DNA of 64,000 bases, from contig CAZIPZ010000001.1 of assembly GCA_964541075.1 (NCBI GenBank), positions 4,425-68,424 of the forward strand, in the 5' to 3' direction. Both the position numbers and the translations under genes were made by a program. This stretch comes from an uncultured Solibacteraceae bacterium (lineage in GTDB: Bacteria; Acidobacteriota; Terriglobia; 20CM-2-55-15). Below are positions 48,660 through 58,051 of this stretch, piece after piece. Under the pieces are notes generated by a model. It worked only from the letters and a program-made list of their open reading frames with translations. It was not told where the DNA came from and did not search any database. Each line of letters opens with the position of its first letter. Position 1 is the first letter of the stretch.

Positions 48660-49683
48660 GCGACAAACTCTCTACGCGATCGCGAATCCGTTGTTCAGAC
48701 CACGTCATCGATTCGAATCTTTCAACCGCCCTTATCAAGTCGCCGGTATTCTGCTCCGAGAACAGAACACCACTGACGCCATCCTGAACGGTTTCAGACG
48801 AGCCTCCTGCTCCGTAGGCAATAACCGGGCAGCCGCACGCCTGTGCTTCCACTGTCACGATTCCAAAGTCTTCTCGAGCCGCAAAAATGAATCCTTTTGC
48901 AGTTCTGTATAGGCGGCGTAGCTCTTCGTCACTCACCCAACCTCGAATTTCCGCGGCCTCGCCGGCGAGGCTTCGCAGTTCCTTAAGCTGCGGCCCCGTT
49001 CCTGCAATGACCAGACGTCGTCCCATGCGGTTGAATGCTCTGACCACAAGGTCGAAACGTTTATAGGAAACAAGCGCTCCAACCGTGAGGTAGAAATCCT
49101 CACGCCGATTCTCCGGTAGCAGGGTGAAGAAGGTGGTGTCAACAGGAGGCGGTATAACCTCAGCATTCCGCCCATAGTATTCATGAATCCGTTCGCGTAC
49201 AAACTTCGAATTGGCGATGAAGTGATCCACACGCTGTGCGGCTGCGCAGTCCCACTCCTGAAGCCGAGTGCGCAGCATAGCGAGGCCCGCGCGTTGGGCC
49301 GAATTCATCGCGTAGTCGTCATCCGCATCCCAAACGTAACGCATCGGAGTATGGCAGTAGCAGATGTGAAGAGCGCCGGGCGCGCACCCCGCTTTTGCGA
49401 CGGCATGACTTGAGCTGAAGACCAGATCGAAACCGGATAGATTCCACGATTCTACCGCTGAGGGAAATAAGGGAAGCATTGTTCTGTAGTGCCTATAGAT
49501 GCCAGGCACACGGTCCAGCCATGATGTGATGATTCGCCTGGATTCAATTTCGGATGAAACCTTCCCGCGTTCATGAAACAGCGTGAAAATGGGTGCGTCT
49601 GGGAACAAGCGGAGCAAGCTGAGGAGAACCTTTTCTCCTCCTCTCATGCCATTCAACCAATCGTGGATCAGGGCAACCTTCAT
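48571..49683 (-). CDS. Glycosyltransferase family 4 (GT-B, group 1)
   Basis: GT4 C-terminal domain with the EX7E-type region (FIFAAREDFGIVTVEAQACGCPVIAYGAGG). Confidence 0.85.
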   Translation of the reverse strand: MKVALIHDWLNGMRGGEKVLLSLLRLFPDAPIFTLFHERGKVSSEIESRRIITSWLDRVPGIYRHYRTMLPLFPSAVESWNLSGFDLVFSSSHAVAKAGCAPGALHICYCHTPMRYVWDADDDYAMNSAQRAGLAMLRTRLQEWDCAAAQRVDHFIANSKFVRERIHEYYGRNAEVIPPPVDTTFFTLLPENRREDFYLTVGALVSYKRFDLVVRAFNRMGRRLVIAGTGPQLKELRSLAGEAAEIRGWVSDEELRRLYRTAKGFIFAAREDFGIVTVEAQACGCPVIAYGAGGSSETVQDGVSGVLFSEQNTGDLIRAVERFESMTWSEQRIRDRVESLSREAFENRIKKFVEAQTRGDEKVNSALQPA

Positions 49684-49781
49684 CTAATGCCAGATCTGCT
49701 TTCTGGGGGGAGCGCCGTCATCGTGGGGCGCGACATATATAATTCGGGTGGCGGGACTATAACACAAGCTGCCACCCGGAT

Positions 49782-51530
49782 ATGAAGTTAAGTATGGACG
49801 CTCGTGCGATGAAAGTCGTCGGATGCCTCGTTATCATGGGGCTGTTGTTGTTCGGCGCCTCGTTTAACGATCCATTCCACTTTGACGACGTTCTCATTTT
49901 GAATGACAGCAATGTGACCAACCCCAGTCAATGGCATCATTTTCTAAATCCTCTTCATTTGAGGCAGCTCACCTTCTTTACGTTCTATCTGAATTACACA
50001 CTGGGCGGTGATAGCCCCAGTCTCTACCATGTGGTGAACGTTGCTGTGCATATCGCGAATGCTGTACTGCTGTTTTGGCTGGTCTTACGCTTTCAACAAA
50101 TGAGTGCATCGAATCGGACTGATTTTCTGGGGCAGGACCAGCTGCAGAATTCGTTGGAAACGGAGAGTAGGGATCAATTGTGGCTTGCGGCGGCAGTCGC
50201 CGGTGTCTTTCTGATCCATCCGGTGCAGACAGAGCCGGTGCTCTACATTTATCAACGATCCGTACTCCTGGCGTGTTTTTTCTCATTGTCGGCTTTTCAC
50301 GCGCTGCTGGACCGACGTTGGTATCTGGCGTCAGCTCTGTTCTTTTTTGCTTTTGAAAGCAAGGAGTCGGCCGTGGCTGCACTGCTGGTGCTGGCGCTTA
50401 TTGCCGGAGGACGGCTCAGGAAGCCTTTTCTGGTTGCAGCGGCACTGTTGTCCGTGGCGGCTCTTGGTGTTCTGCTGTATCAGAACGAGACGACGGTCGG
50501 TCTGGGAGCTGTCAAACAAATCAGCTCAACGGATTACTTTTGGGCTCAAACGCGTGTGGCGTATACGTACATGCGTCTGTTGGTGTTCCCGTATCCCCAG
50601 TCATTGGAGTATGAATTTCCACAAAGATCTTCTCTTCTGCCTCTTTTGGGTCTCATTGCGATCGGAGGCGGGGGCTGGCTGCTGTCACGCCTACAGTCCT
50701 GGCGCATCCAAGGATTGGCTGTGCTTTCCTTTTTTTTGCTGCTCGCTCCCACATCGAGTGTCATACCCAGCGCCGACCCGGCGTTTGAGCATCGTCTTTA
50801 CCTGCCTATGCTTGCATTTTCGGTATTTATCGGGACACTTTTTGCCAAGCTTCCGCACCGCACAACGGTGAGTGTGCTTGTGGCCTGTGTCCTCATGCTT
50901 GTGACGGTTAACCGAGAGAACGTGTGGGCGTCGGACATAGCGCTCTGGGAGGATGCGAGCGTCCATGCGCCCGGAAAAGCGCGCGTGTGGACGAATCTGG
51001 GCGGCGCTTATTTGACCGTTGATGTCAGCAAGTCGCGTGAGGCATTCCTTCGAGCGTTGGAGATCGAGCCTAACTTCACTGAAGCTTTATACAACTTGGG
51101 CGCAATCGAGCAGGGAAGGTCAAACTGGAGCGCAGCGATTTCATTTTATGAGCGCACAATCATGACGAAAGCGGATTATTGGCCCGCATGGAATAACCTC
51201 GGAAACGTTTTGTTTGCTATCGACCAGCGCGATCGCGCATTGGACTGTTTTGAACGCACTTTGAGCTTGAATAGGGACTATTGGCCAGCGCAATATAACA
51301 TCGCTGTCGTTCATTACATGGCCAGCCGCTACGATAAAGTTATTCCGAGACTGAAGGTGGTTTTGGATTGGCGGCCGGACTTCCAGGATGCGCGGCGCCT
51401 GCTTGCAACATCTCTCACCCAGGCAGGATTTAGGAGCGCCGCGGAGGAACAGTGGAGGACCTTGGGTGAGATCGCCGCGGCAGAATCTCGGCAGACCCCC
51501 ACGATGATTTTGGCGCCTACTCGACCTTGA
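49782..51530 (+). CDS. TMTC-like membrane protein: N-terminal multi-TM GT-C/DUF1736-like domain plus C-terminal TPR repeats
   Basis: N-terminal ~400 aa are polytopic (FHFDDV...LNYTLGGDSPSLYHVVNVAVHIANAVLLFWLVL). C-terminal ~180 aa carry TPR repeats (AWTNLGGAYL, ALYNLGAIE, AWNNLGNVL, AQYNIAVVHY). Confidence 0.7.
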   Translation: MKLSMDARAMKVVGCLVIMGLLLFGASFNDPFHFDDVLILNDSNVTNPSQWHHFLNPLHLRQLTFFTFYLNYTLGGDSPSLYHVVNVAVHIANAVLLFWLVLRFQQMSASNRTDFLGQDQLQNSLETESRDQLWLAAAVAGVFLIHPVQTEPVLYIYQRSVLLACFFSLSAFHALLDRRWYLASALFFFAFESKESAVAALLVLALIAGGRLRKPFLVAAALLSVAALGVLLYQNETTVGLGAVKQISSTDYFWAQTRVAYTYMRLLVFPYPQSLEYEFPQRSSLLPLLGLIAIGGGGWLLSRLQSWRIQGLAVLSFFLLLAPTSSVIPSADPAFEHRLYLPMLAFSVFIGTLFAKLPHRTTVSVLVACVLMLVTVNRENVWASDIALWEDASVHAPGKARVWTNLGGAYLTVDVSKSREAFLRALEIEPNFTEALYNLGAIEQGRSNWSAAISFYERTIMTKADYWPAWNNLGNVLFAIDQRDRALDCFERTLSLNRDYWPAQYNIAVVHYMASRYDKVIPRLKVVLDWRPDFQDARRLLATSLTQAGFRSAAEEQWRTLGEIAAAESRQTPTMILAPTRP

Positions 51531-51569
51531 GACCGGTTCGGTTTGTCAGAGTTGAAGAGGAGAAGCTGA

Positions 51570-52427
51570 ATGAAGCGCACATTGTTGATATTGATCTGGG
51601 TTTTCTCCGCGTCCCTAGGCGCTAGCGCTCAAACCACATTCTATTTTCCGCAAATCGCCGACGGAACATTCACGGGCGGCTTTTGGAAAACCACGATCTT
51701 CATCACGAACCCAGCTGCGACGGGTGCTTCGCTGGCGAGTGGTTCAATCACATTCACAAAATCCGACGGGACTGTTTTCAATGTAGCATTCGTCGATAGC
51801 AACGGGGCGGCTGCGGGCAGTGGGAATGTGATCCCGTTCCAGCTTGCGGGAGGGCAAACAAGGAAGTACGTATCGACGGCGTCCACAGGACTGAACGTCG
51901 GTTTCGCGACAGTCAGTTCTTCCGCGGTTGTAACGGGAACAGCTGTTTTTTCTCAATTTGGTTCGGCAGGAAATCTGATCAGTGAGGCCGGTGTTCCGTC
52001 GGCCGGCGCAGTCACGCGCCAGGCAATATTTGTAGATACGCTCGGCGGATTCAGGACTGGCGTTGCTTATGCGAATCCAAACGCCGCTGGCGCCAACATC
52101 TCATTGCAACTGCTCAGCACCGAAGGTGTCGCGGTTGTGCCTTCAACCACGCGAACGCTTTTGGGGAACCAGCACACTGCGGCGTTCGTTCACGAGTTAT
52201 TTCCGAGCGCTCCTGCTTTCACCGGTACGATGCAAATTACCAGCAACGCTCCTTTAACCGCAGTAGCGCTGAGATTCGATCCATCATTTACGCTCTTCAC
52301 CACTTTGCCCCCAATAACCATAGCTTCGCTGGTTCTCCCAGCGATGCAATGGTTTGAGCATCGTCCCTGGTTAACGCCATTCACTACGTTGGCGAGACTC
52401 ATGGGGAGCCTGCAGTTCACCCTCTAA
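51570..52427 (+). CDS. Secreted protein of unknown function, paralog 1 (285 aa), internally duplicated
   Basis: Signal peptide. Clear paralogy to the next gene (FY.P....GTF.GGFW.TTIF.TNP...SG...FT.SDG ... GSGN.IPFQL..G.TRKYVS ... RQAIFVDT...F.TG.A.ANPN ... ALRFDP.FTLFTT.PP). Confidence 0.6.
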   Translation: MKRTLLILIWVFSASLGASAQTTFYFPQIADGTFTGGFWKTTIFITNPAATGASLASGSITFTKSDGTVFNVAFVDSNGAAAGSGNVIPFQLAGGQTRKYVSTASTGLNVGFATVSSSAVVTGTAVFSQFGSAGNLISEAGVPSAGAVTRQAIFVDTLGGFRTGVAYANPNAAGANISLQLLSTEGVAVVPSTTRTLLGNQHTAAFVHELFPSAPAFTGTMQITSNAPLTAVALRFDPSFTLFTTLPPITIASLVLPAMQWFEHRPWLTPFTTLARLMGSLQFTL

Positions 52428-52602
52428 ACATGCGGGTTCATCCGTCCTCGGGCGATCGCGTCCGAGGATGGATTGTTTCTCTTTCTGCCACTTCTTAGGA
52501 ATCCGGATTCCTATTTACGCGGTCCCGCCGCCCCAAAACCCCAGACTTTGTCGCTGGAATCTTCCGTGCTAGTGAACTCAAGTCACAACGGAGGATAAGT
52601 TT

Positions 52603-53427
52603 ATGAACCGGCTTCTTTTTTCAATGTGCCTTATTCTTGCCGTCAGCGCGGTTGGTTCGGCGCAACAATTCACGTATTACTACCCGCATGTAACGGCTGG
52701 AACCTTTGTTGGAGGATTTTGGCAAACCACGATTTTCCTTACGAATCCAAATCCGCCCGGGACTCCGGCAGCCAGCGGAGCAGTTGTTTTCACGAGATCC
52801 GATGGCGGACCGTACGCCATTACCTTTCACGATGATGTGAATCGTCCTGCAGGAAGCGGCAACACGATACCTTTTCAGTTGGGGCCAGGTGAAACGCGCA
52901 AGTATGTGTCGGTCGCCAATGAGCCACTTTCCACGGGATTCGCAACGGTGACAGCGAATAGTTCAATTCTCGGAACTGCGATGTTCACACAATTCGATTC
53001 CTTTGGAAGAATGATCGGCGAGGCCGGGGTGCCTGCTGCAATTCCCCTGGGACGCCAAGCGATTTTTGTCGATACCACGAGCCAGTTCAAGACAGGTCTG
53101 GCCATTGCGAATCCTAACAATGCGCCGCTCCATATCACCTTTCAGCTCATGAATACGGTTGGGCAAATGATTCTCACAACAACGCGTGAACTGCCGCCAA
53201 ACCAGCATTTTTCAATTTTTGTTCATGAACTGTTTCCTGGCGCGCCGCCAATGGTTGGACGCCTGCAGTTTTACTGCACGAATCCGATGGTATCCGTCGC
53301 ATTGAGATTTGATCCGACCTTCACGCTATTTACCACTATGCCGCCCGTTGCAATTGCGGGATTGATTAAGATGGAAGCGCAGCCCGCGAATCTTGAGCGC
53401 CGCAGGATGGTGATCGATAGGGCCTAA
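52603..53427 (+). CDS. Secreted protein of unknown function, paralog 2 (274 aa)
   Basis: GGAGGA RBS and signal peptide. About 45-50% identity by eye to the upstream paralog. Confidence 0.6.
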   Translation: MNRLLFSMCLILAVSAVGSAQQFTYYYPHVTAGTFVGGFWQTTIFLTNPNPPGTPAASGAVVFTRSDGGPYAITFHDDVNRPAGSGNTIPFQLGPGETRKYVSVANEPLSTGFATVTANSSILGTAMFTQFDSFGRMIGEAGVPAAIPLGRQAIFVDTTSQFKTGLAIANPNNAPLHITFQLMNTVGQMILTTTRELPPNQHFSIFVHELFPGAPPMVGRLQFYCTNPMVSVALRFDPTFTLFTTMPPVAIAGLIKMEAQPANLERRRMVIDRA

Positions 53428-53598
53428 AGCGATCTTATCCCCGAGTCCCGGGCGAATAGCGTTAAGGGAGGACTGAAGTTCGGTTGACTAAGTTCGCTTA
53501 CGAACGCGCGAGACGATTCGACCGCCGGATCTCAACAGCATAGTCTCTAATCGCGTGCTGAGCCGCTCCGCGGCTCTTGAAAAAGACGTAACGAAACC

Positions 53599-54921
53599 TC
53601 AATACGTCGAGAGGTAACGCTCGATTTCCCACGGATGCACTTGTGCGATGTAGGTTCCCCACTCGGTGCGCTTGGCTTCGATAAAGTGGGAGAAGATCTG
53701 TTCGCCGAGCGCTTCTCGTACAACGTCATCCTTCTTGAGTCCTTCGTACGCCTCACGAAGATCGCCTGGCAGTCCATCAATCCGATAATGACGCCGCTCC
53801 CGGTGGCTCATCTTTTGGACGTTCTTTGTAATCGACGGTCCGGGATCAATCTTTTCTCTGATGCCAGCCAGACCTGCAGCCAATATGGCAGCTAGTGCAA
53901 GATAAGGATTGCATGAGGGATCAGGCATGCGTAACTCGACCCTTGTGTTTGCGCCGCGGCCTGCAGGCACTCGCACAAGAGGTTCACGATTCTGCTCGGA
54001 CCAAACCACATTGGTCGGTGCATCGTAGCCGGGAACGAGACGCTTATAGGAGTTCACAAGAGGATTCGTGATCACACAGAAGCCGCGGGCGTGGCGGAGC
54101 ATCCCGCCAATGAAAAATAGCGCGGTTCGACTGAGTTGGTAATCTCCCGCCGGATCGTAGAAGGCGTTCCGTCCATCTTTGAAGAGCGATAGATGGGTAT
54201 GCATACCTGACCCCGCCCGGCCGTACAGAGGCTTCGGCATGAAGGTGGCGTGAAGTCCATGTCTCATCGCAATGTAGCGGGCGATGAAGCGGAATGTTCC
54301 GACATTGTCGGCGGTCGCGAGAGCATCGTTGTGCTTCAGATCGATTTCATGCTGCCCGGGCGCAAGTTCGTGGTGCGCCGCCTCGACTTCGATCCCCATG
54401 CCTTCCATTACATTGATGATGTCTCGTCTCGCCTCCTCTCCCTTGTCCACAGGCGTCATATCAAAGTAGCTGCCATAGTCGTGGGTCTCGGTGGTCGCGT
54501 CGCCACTGGGTCTCTTCAAAAAAAGAAAAAACTCGATTTCTGGACCGACTTGAAGTGTGTATCCCATGGATCGAGCTTTATCGATCATGCGTTGGAGCGT
54601 CAGGCGCGGGCAGCCTTCAAACGGCGTGTTATCAGGGTTGAAGACATCACAAATGAGGCGGCCGATGACTTCCCCGCTGCGGCTCCAAGGAAGGATGCGG
54701 AAGGTTTCTGGGTCCGGTTTCAGTAGTTTGTCAGTCTCTTCGAGTCGAGTGAAGCCCTCAATCGAGGACCCGTCGAAGATGACCTGCCCTCTGAGCGCCT
54801 TGTCAAACTGGTCGGTTGGCACTTCAACGTTTTTTATCATGCCTAGAATGTCCGTGAACTGGAGTCTTAAGAACTTGACTCGCTCGCTCCGCGCAAGTTC
54901 GAGCACTTGTTCGATGGTCAT
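53599..54921 (-). CDS. glnA: Glutamine synthetase, 440-aa form (GSI-alpha-like, no adenylylation tyrosine motif)
   Basis: GS beta-grasp plus catalytic domains (GPEIEFFLF, GSGMHTHLSLF, NPYLALAAIL). The C-terminus lacks an NLYDLPPEE-type motif. Divergent from glnD. Confidence 0.85.
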   Translation of the reverse strand: MTIEQVLELARSERVKFLRLQFTDILGMIKNVEVPTDQFDKALRGQVIFDGSSIEGFTRLEETDKLLKPDPETFRILPWSRSGEVIGRLICDVFNPDNTPFEGCPRLTLQRMIDKARSMGYTLQVGPEIEFFLFLKRPSGDATTETHDYGSYFDMTPVDKGEEARRDIINVMEGMGIEVEAAHHELAPGQHEIDLKHNDALATADNVGTFRFIARYIAMRHGLHATFMPKPLYGRAGSGMHTHLSLFKDGRNAFYDPAGDYQLSRTALFFIGGMLRHARGFCVITNPLVNSYKRLVPGYDAPTNVVWSEQNREPLVRVPAGRGANTRVELRMPDPSCNPYLALAAILAAGLAGIREKIDPGPSITKNVQKMSHRERRHYRIDGLPGDLREAYEGLKKDDVVREALGEQIFSHFIEAKRTEWGTYIAQVHPWEIERYLSTY

Positions 54922-54999
54922 AGTGAGGGTTCACTCCACGGGCGGATGTGGCCAGCCAACGGGAAGGCGAAAAGTAAATGGCATGATAACATACGACCC

Positions 55000-57435
55000 A
55001 TGACCACTCGTGAGGACTTGAAGCGTTACCTGGACGCGAGGCGAGCGAGGTTTCTCGAAGCTCCCATTCAAGAGCCTGTCGAACGTCACATAAGCGACAA
55101 AATCGACGAAATTCTCCGCAGCATCTGGGGCGACCGGACGCCTCCTGTGCCCTTTGCGCTATTGGCTATAGGCGGTTACGGGCGAGGCACAATGCATCCG
55201 CATTCCGATGTCGACCTGCTCTTCTTCTTTGAAGATGTGATCGAGGAAGATGTGGTCAAAACGTTACTTCACCCTCTGTGGGATTTGCCTCTCAAGGTCG
55301 GGCACCAGGTTCGCCATGCCGCCGATTTCGCGGCCTTCGATGAGGGGCACATGGAATCCTACACCGCATTCCTCGATTCTCGATTTCTGCTGGGCGATCC
55401 TAAAATCGGTGATGAATTCTCCAGGGACATTCTTCCGAAGTTCATTCGGCGGAGCCGTGACCGGTTCCTGCGCGGATTGCTTCGAATGAAGGCGAATCGA
55501 TACAACGAGTTTGGCCAAACGATCTTTCAGCTTGAGCCCGATCTAAAAGAAGCTCCCGGCGGCTTGCGTGACGCTCACTGGTCGGACTGGGCTCGAAAAG
55601 GGATCGGAGAGAATCTCGATGATCCTTTCTCTTACGAAATCGTGCAGTTTCATCACTGCCTCCGCAATTTTCTCCACTTTCAATCCAATCGCAACTTCAA
55701 TGTGCTTTCGTATGAGTTCCAGGAACAGATCGCCGAGAAGCTCGGTTATAAGGATTCCGTTCACGGCGAGTCCGCCGAGACCTTGATGCGAGATTACTTT
55801 CTGAAGGCCAATGAGGTTGCGAGGATGGCTACGCATTGGGAAGAGGCTATTACCGGCAGTCCTAATCGCATTAGTATTCCGTCGGATTTCTCGGAACCGT
55901 TGGACATGATCAAAGCTTTCGCCGAGGCGCATCGAAAGAAGGCCAAACTGGATTTGCCGACGCTTAACACTATTCGGCGCCGGCTCGAATCCACAGATGG
56001 CGCCCTTTCGTATAACCCACGAGCCGGTCAGGCCATCCTCGAAATGATGAAGGACCGGCAGGGCATATACGAAACACTGCTGGCGATGCACGAAGTGGGG
56101 TTGCTCGGAAAGGTGTTTCCGGAGTTTGAGGAAATCCGGTGCCGGGTGATCCGCGATTTCTTCCATAAATACACGGTGGATGAGCACTCGCTCATCGCCA
56201 TACGAAACATTGAAGAATTGCCTCCCGGACACAGATTCTGCAACATCCTGAGTGAACTGGAGCACCCTGAACTGCTTTTTCTTGCGCTACTTCTTCACGA
56301 CATCGGTAAGGCTCATCGCCATGACGAACGCAACCACGTCCATCCGAGCACTGAAGGTGTGAAGCTGATTCTGGAGAAGCTTGGGCTGCCAGAGGAGCAA
56401 AGAGAAAAGGTCGTGGCGGCGGTCAAGAATCACTTGGAAATGTCGAAGATTATCCTTCGCCGGGATTTCAGTGATGAGCATGTCGTGCATCAGTTTGCAG
56501 ACATTGTCGGAAATGTGGATGACTTACGAATGCTGTGTCTTTTGACCTATGCCGACATGAAAGCGGTGAATAACGAAGTCTGTACTCCGTGGAGGCAGGA
56601 TCTGTTATGGCAGTTATATATCGAAACGTACAACCGCCTGATGTTAGGGCTTGGCGACGAGCAGTATAATCAGCAGCCAGACTTTGAAATCGAGATTGAG
56701 GCCATCGCCGCTCTCCTTCCAAGGGGGACTGCCGCCCAGGATATCCGTAATTTCTTGGACGGTTTTCCGCGACAATACCTGAGGCACACACCCAAGTCCC
56801 AAATTGCTGAGCACTTTCTCCTCTCGCGCAAGCTGGCTACTCAACCTGTGGTCGTGAATCTGAATTACAGTGGCACGATCTACGAATTGCTGGTCATGAC
56901 TGAAGACCGTCCCTTTCTCTTTTCAAAGATCACGGGCGTGCTTTCATATTTTGGAATGAATATCGTTCGGGGTCAGGCGTTTTCCAATCGGCGAGGGGCG
57001 ATTTTCGACCTGATTGCCTTTGAGGATACGGATCGCTACTTCAAGAAGAATCCGTCGGAAGTCGAGCGGTTTTCAAAGGTGCTTGTTGACGTAATCGCTG
57101 GGAAGGTGCAGTTGAACGATCTGCTGCGAGGAAAACTCCAAAGCGTCCTCTTCAAGCCGAGGAAGGGCGCCTCTACAGCCACTATCCATTTTGACGACGA
57201 GTTTTCGCGGCGTGGTTCGATCCTCGAAATCAACGCCTCTGACGAATTCGGCCTGCTCTATCGGATCGCAACCGTGATTTCATCTCATGGCTGCAACATC
57301 GAAACAGCTTTAATTACTACTGAAGGCCACCGCGCCATCGATGTCTTTTATTTGACGCGCGAGGGACACAGATTGACGCCCGAACTTGAGGAACAGGTCA
57401 AGCGTGACCTCGGGGCAGTACTACTCCAGAACTGA
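55000..57435 (+). CDS. glnD: [Protein-PII] uridylyltransferase/uridylyl-removing enzyme GlnD
   Basis: NTase motif AIGGYGRGTMHPHSDVDLLFF. HD domain (HDIGKAH...H). Two C-terminal ACT domains. ATG 55000 chosen over the track's 54907. Confidence 0.9.
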   Translation: MTTREDLKRYLDARRARFLEAPIQEPVERHISDKIDEILRSIWGDRTPPVPFALLAIGGYGRGTMHPHSDVDLLFFFEDVIEEDVVKTLLHPLWDLPLKVGHQVRHAADFAAFDEGHMESYTAFLDSRFLLGDPKIGDEFSRDILPKFIRRSRDRFLRGLLRMKANRYNEFGQTIFQLEPDLKEAPGGLRDAHWSDWARKGIGENLDDPFSYEIVQFHHCLRNFLHFQSNRNFNVLSYEFQEQIAEKLGYKDSVHGESAETLMRDYFLKANEVARMATHWEEAITGSPNRISIPSDFSEPLDMIKAFAEAHRKKAKLDLPTLNTIRRRLESTDGALSYNPRAGQAILEMMKDRQGIYETLLAMHEVGLLGKVFPEFEEIRCRVIRDFFHKYTVDEHSLIAIRNIEELPPGHRFCNILSELEHPELLFLALLLHDIGKAHRHDERNHVHPSTEGVKLILEKLGLPEEQREKVVAAVKNHLEMSKIILRRDFSDEHVVHQFADIVGNVDDLRMLCLLTYADMKAVNNEVCTPWRQDLLWQLYIETYNRLMLGLGDEQYNQQPDFEIEIEAIAALLPRGTAAQDIRNFLDGFPRQYLRHTPKSQIAEHFLLSRKLATQPVVVNLNYSGTIYELLVMTEDRPFLFSKITGVLSYFGMNIVRGQAFSNRRGAIFDLIAFEDTDRYFKKNPSEVERFSKVLVDVIAGKVQLNDLLRGKLQSVLFKPRKGASTATIHFDDEFSRRGSILEINASDEFGLLYRIATVISSHGCNIETALITTEGHRAIDVFYLTREGHRLTPELEEQVKRDLGAVLLQN

Positions 57436-57574
57436 ATTTGGCGCCCATCGCCTTGGTTTCATGTCCATTTGAACCCAGCAGCGCATGAGCAATCCCAAGG
57501 AAAAGGATGCTGAGTACAGCTGCTGCCGTTATCGCCACCATGATCACGCCAATCCGGATAGCAAAGTCCCTCAT
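57398..57574 (-). CDS. Putative small membrane protein (58 aa)
   Basis: ATG with AAGGTGG 7 nt upstream. One TM helix. The 3' end overlaps glnD by 38 bp in convergent orientation. Confidence 0.25.
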   Translation of the reverse strand: MRDFAIRIGVIMVAITAAAVLSILFLGIAHALLGSNGHETKAMGAKFSSGVVLPRGHA

Positions 57575-57761
57575 AGATCCACCTTCCGTTTTGTACAATG
57601 CACGCTGACATCCAAATTAGACGGTCAGCGATCAATATGTAGGCGAGAAAAAGGAAGAAATTCTGATCGAAGGATCGGGTGTCACGAGAAGCAAAGCCTT
57701 CGTCCTGGGTTTGGGGTTCGCTGGTGGACTTTCGCTACCTCTCTAGCTCGCGCGAGTGACG

Positions 57762-58004
57762 CTATTCCTCGGCATCGTCGGGTGAATGATCTTCACCCTT
57801 TTTCGTCGCGGAAAGCGGCTGATTGCCTATTCTCTCCTCGACAAAGTAGCCGGGGTGGTACGCACCTTTCTTCAAGTTCAATTCCCGACAGTATCGTTTA
57901 GCCTCCTCCATCGTCTTGAACTGCGCAGGAACAGGCATGCGACCGAAGCCGCTAATTTCCTTAGGTTGTTTCGAAAGCACCCAAAATGATCTCTTGTTAG
58001 CCAC
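57762..58004 (-). CDS. Hypothetical small protein (80 aa) downstream of the glnE AT-N gene
   Basis: ORF with balanced composition, 47 bp after the glnE-N stop. GTG start, or an internal ATG. Confidence 0.3.
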   Translation of the reverse strand: MANKRSFWVLSKQPKEISGFGRMPVPAQFKTMEEAKRYCRELNLKKGAYHPGYFVEERIGNQPLSATKKGEDHSPDDAEE

Positions 58005-58051
58005 GCACCCTCACCTTCACGAGCATTAATCGTACGAAGTGTAACATCCCT

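Noticed and set aside
53428-55000. Sigma-54 (TGGCAC-N5-TTGCA) promoters upstream of glnA, glnB and glnD
   Set aside because: Partial matches (e.g. TGGCCACATCCGCC near 54950, TGGTAGCGAGCGTTTT near 63900) have wrong spacing between the GG and GC elements. They are not convincing by eye.
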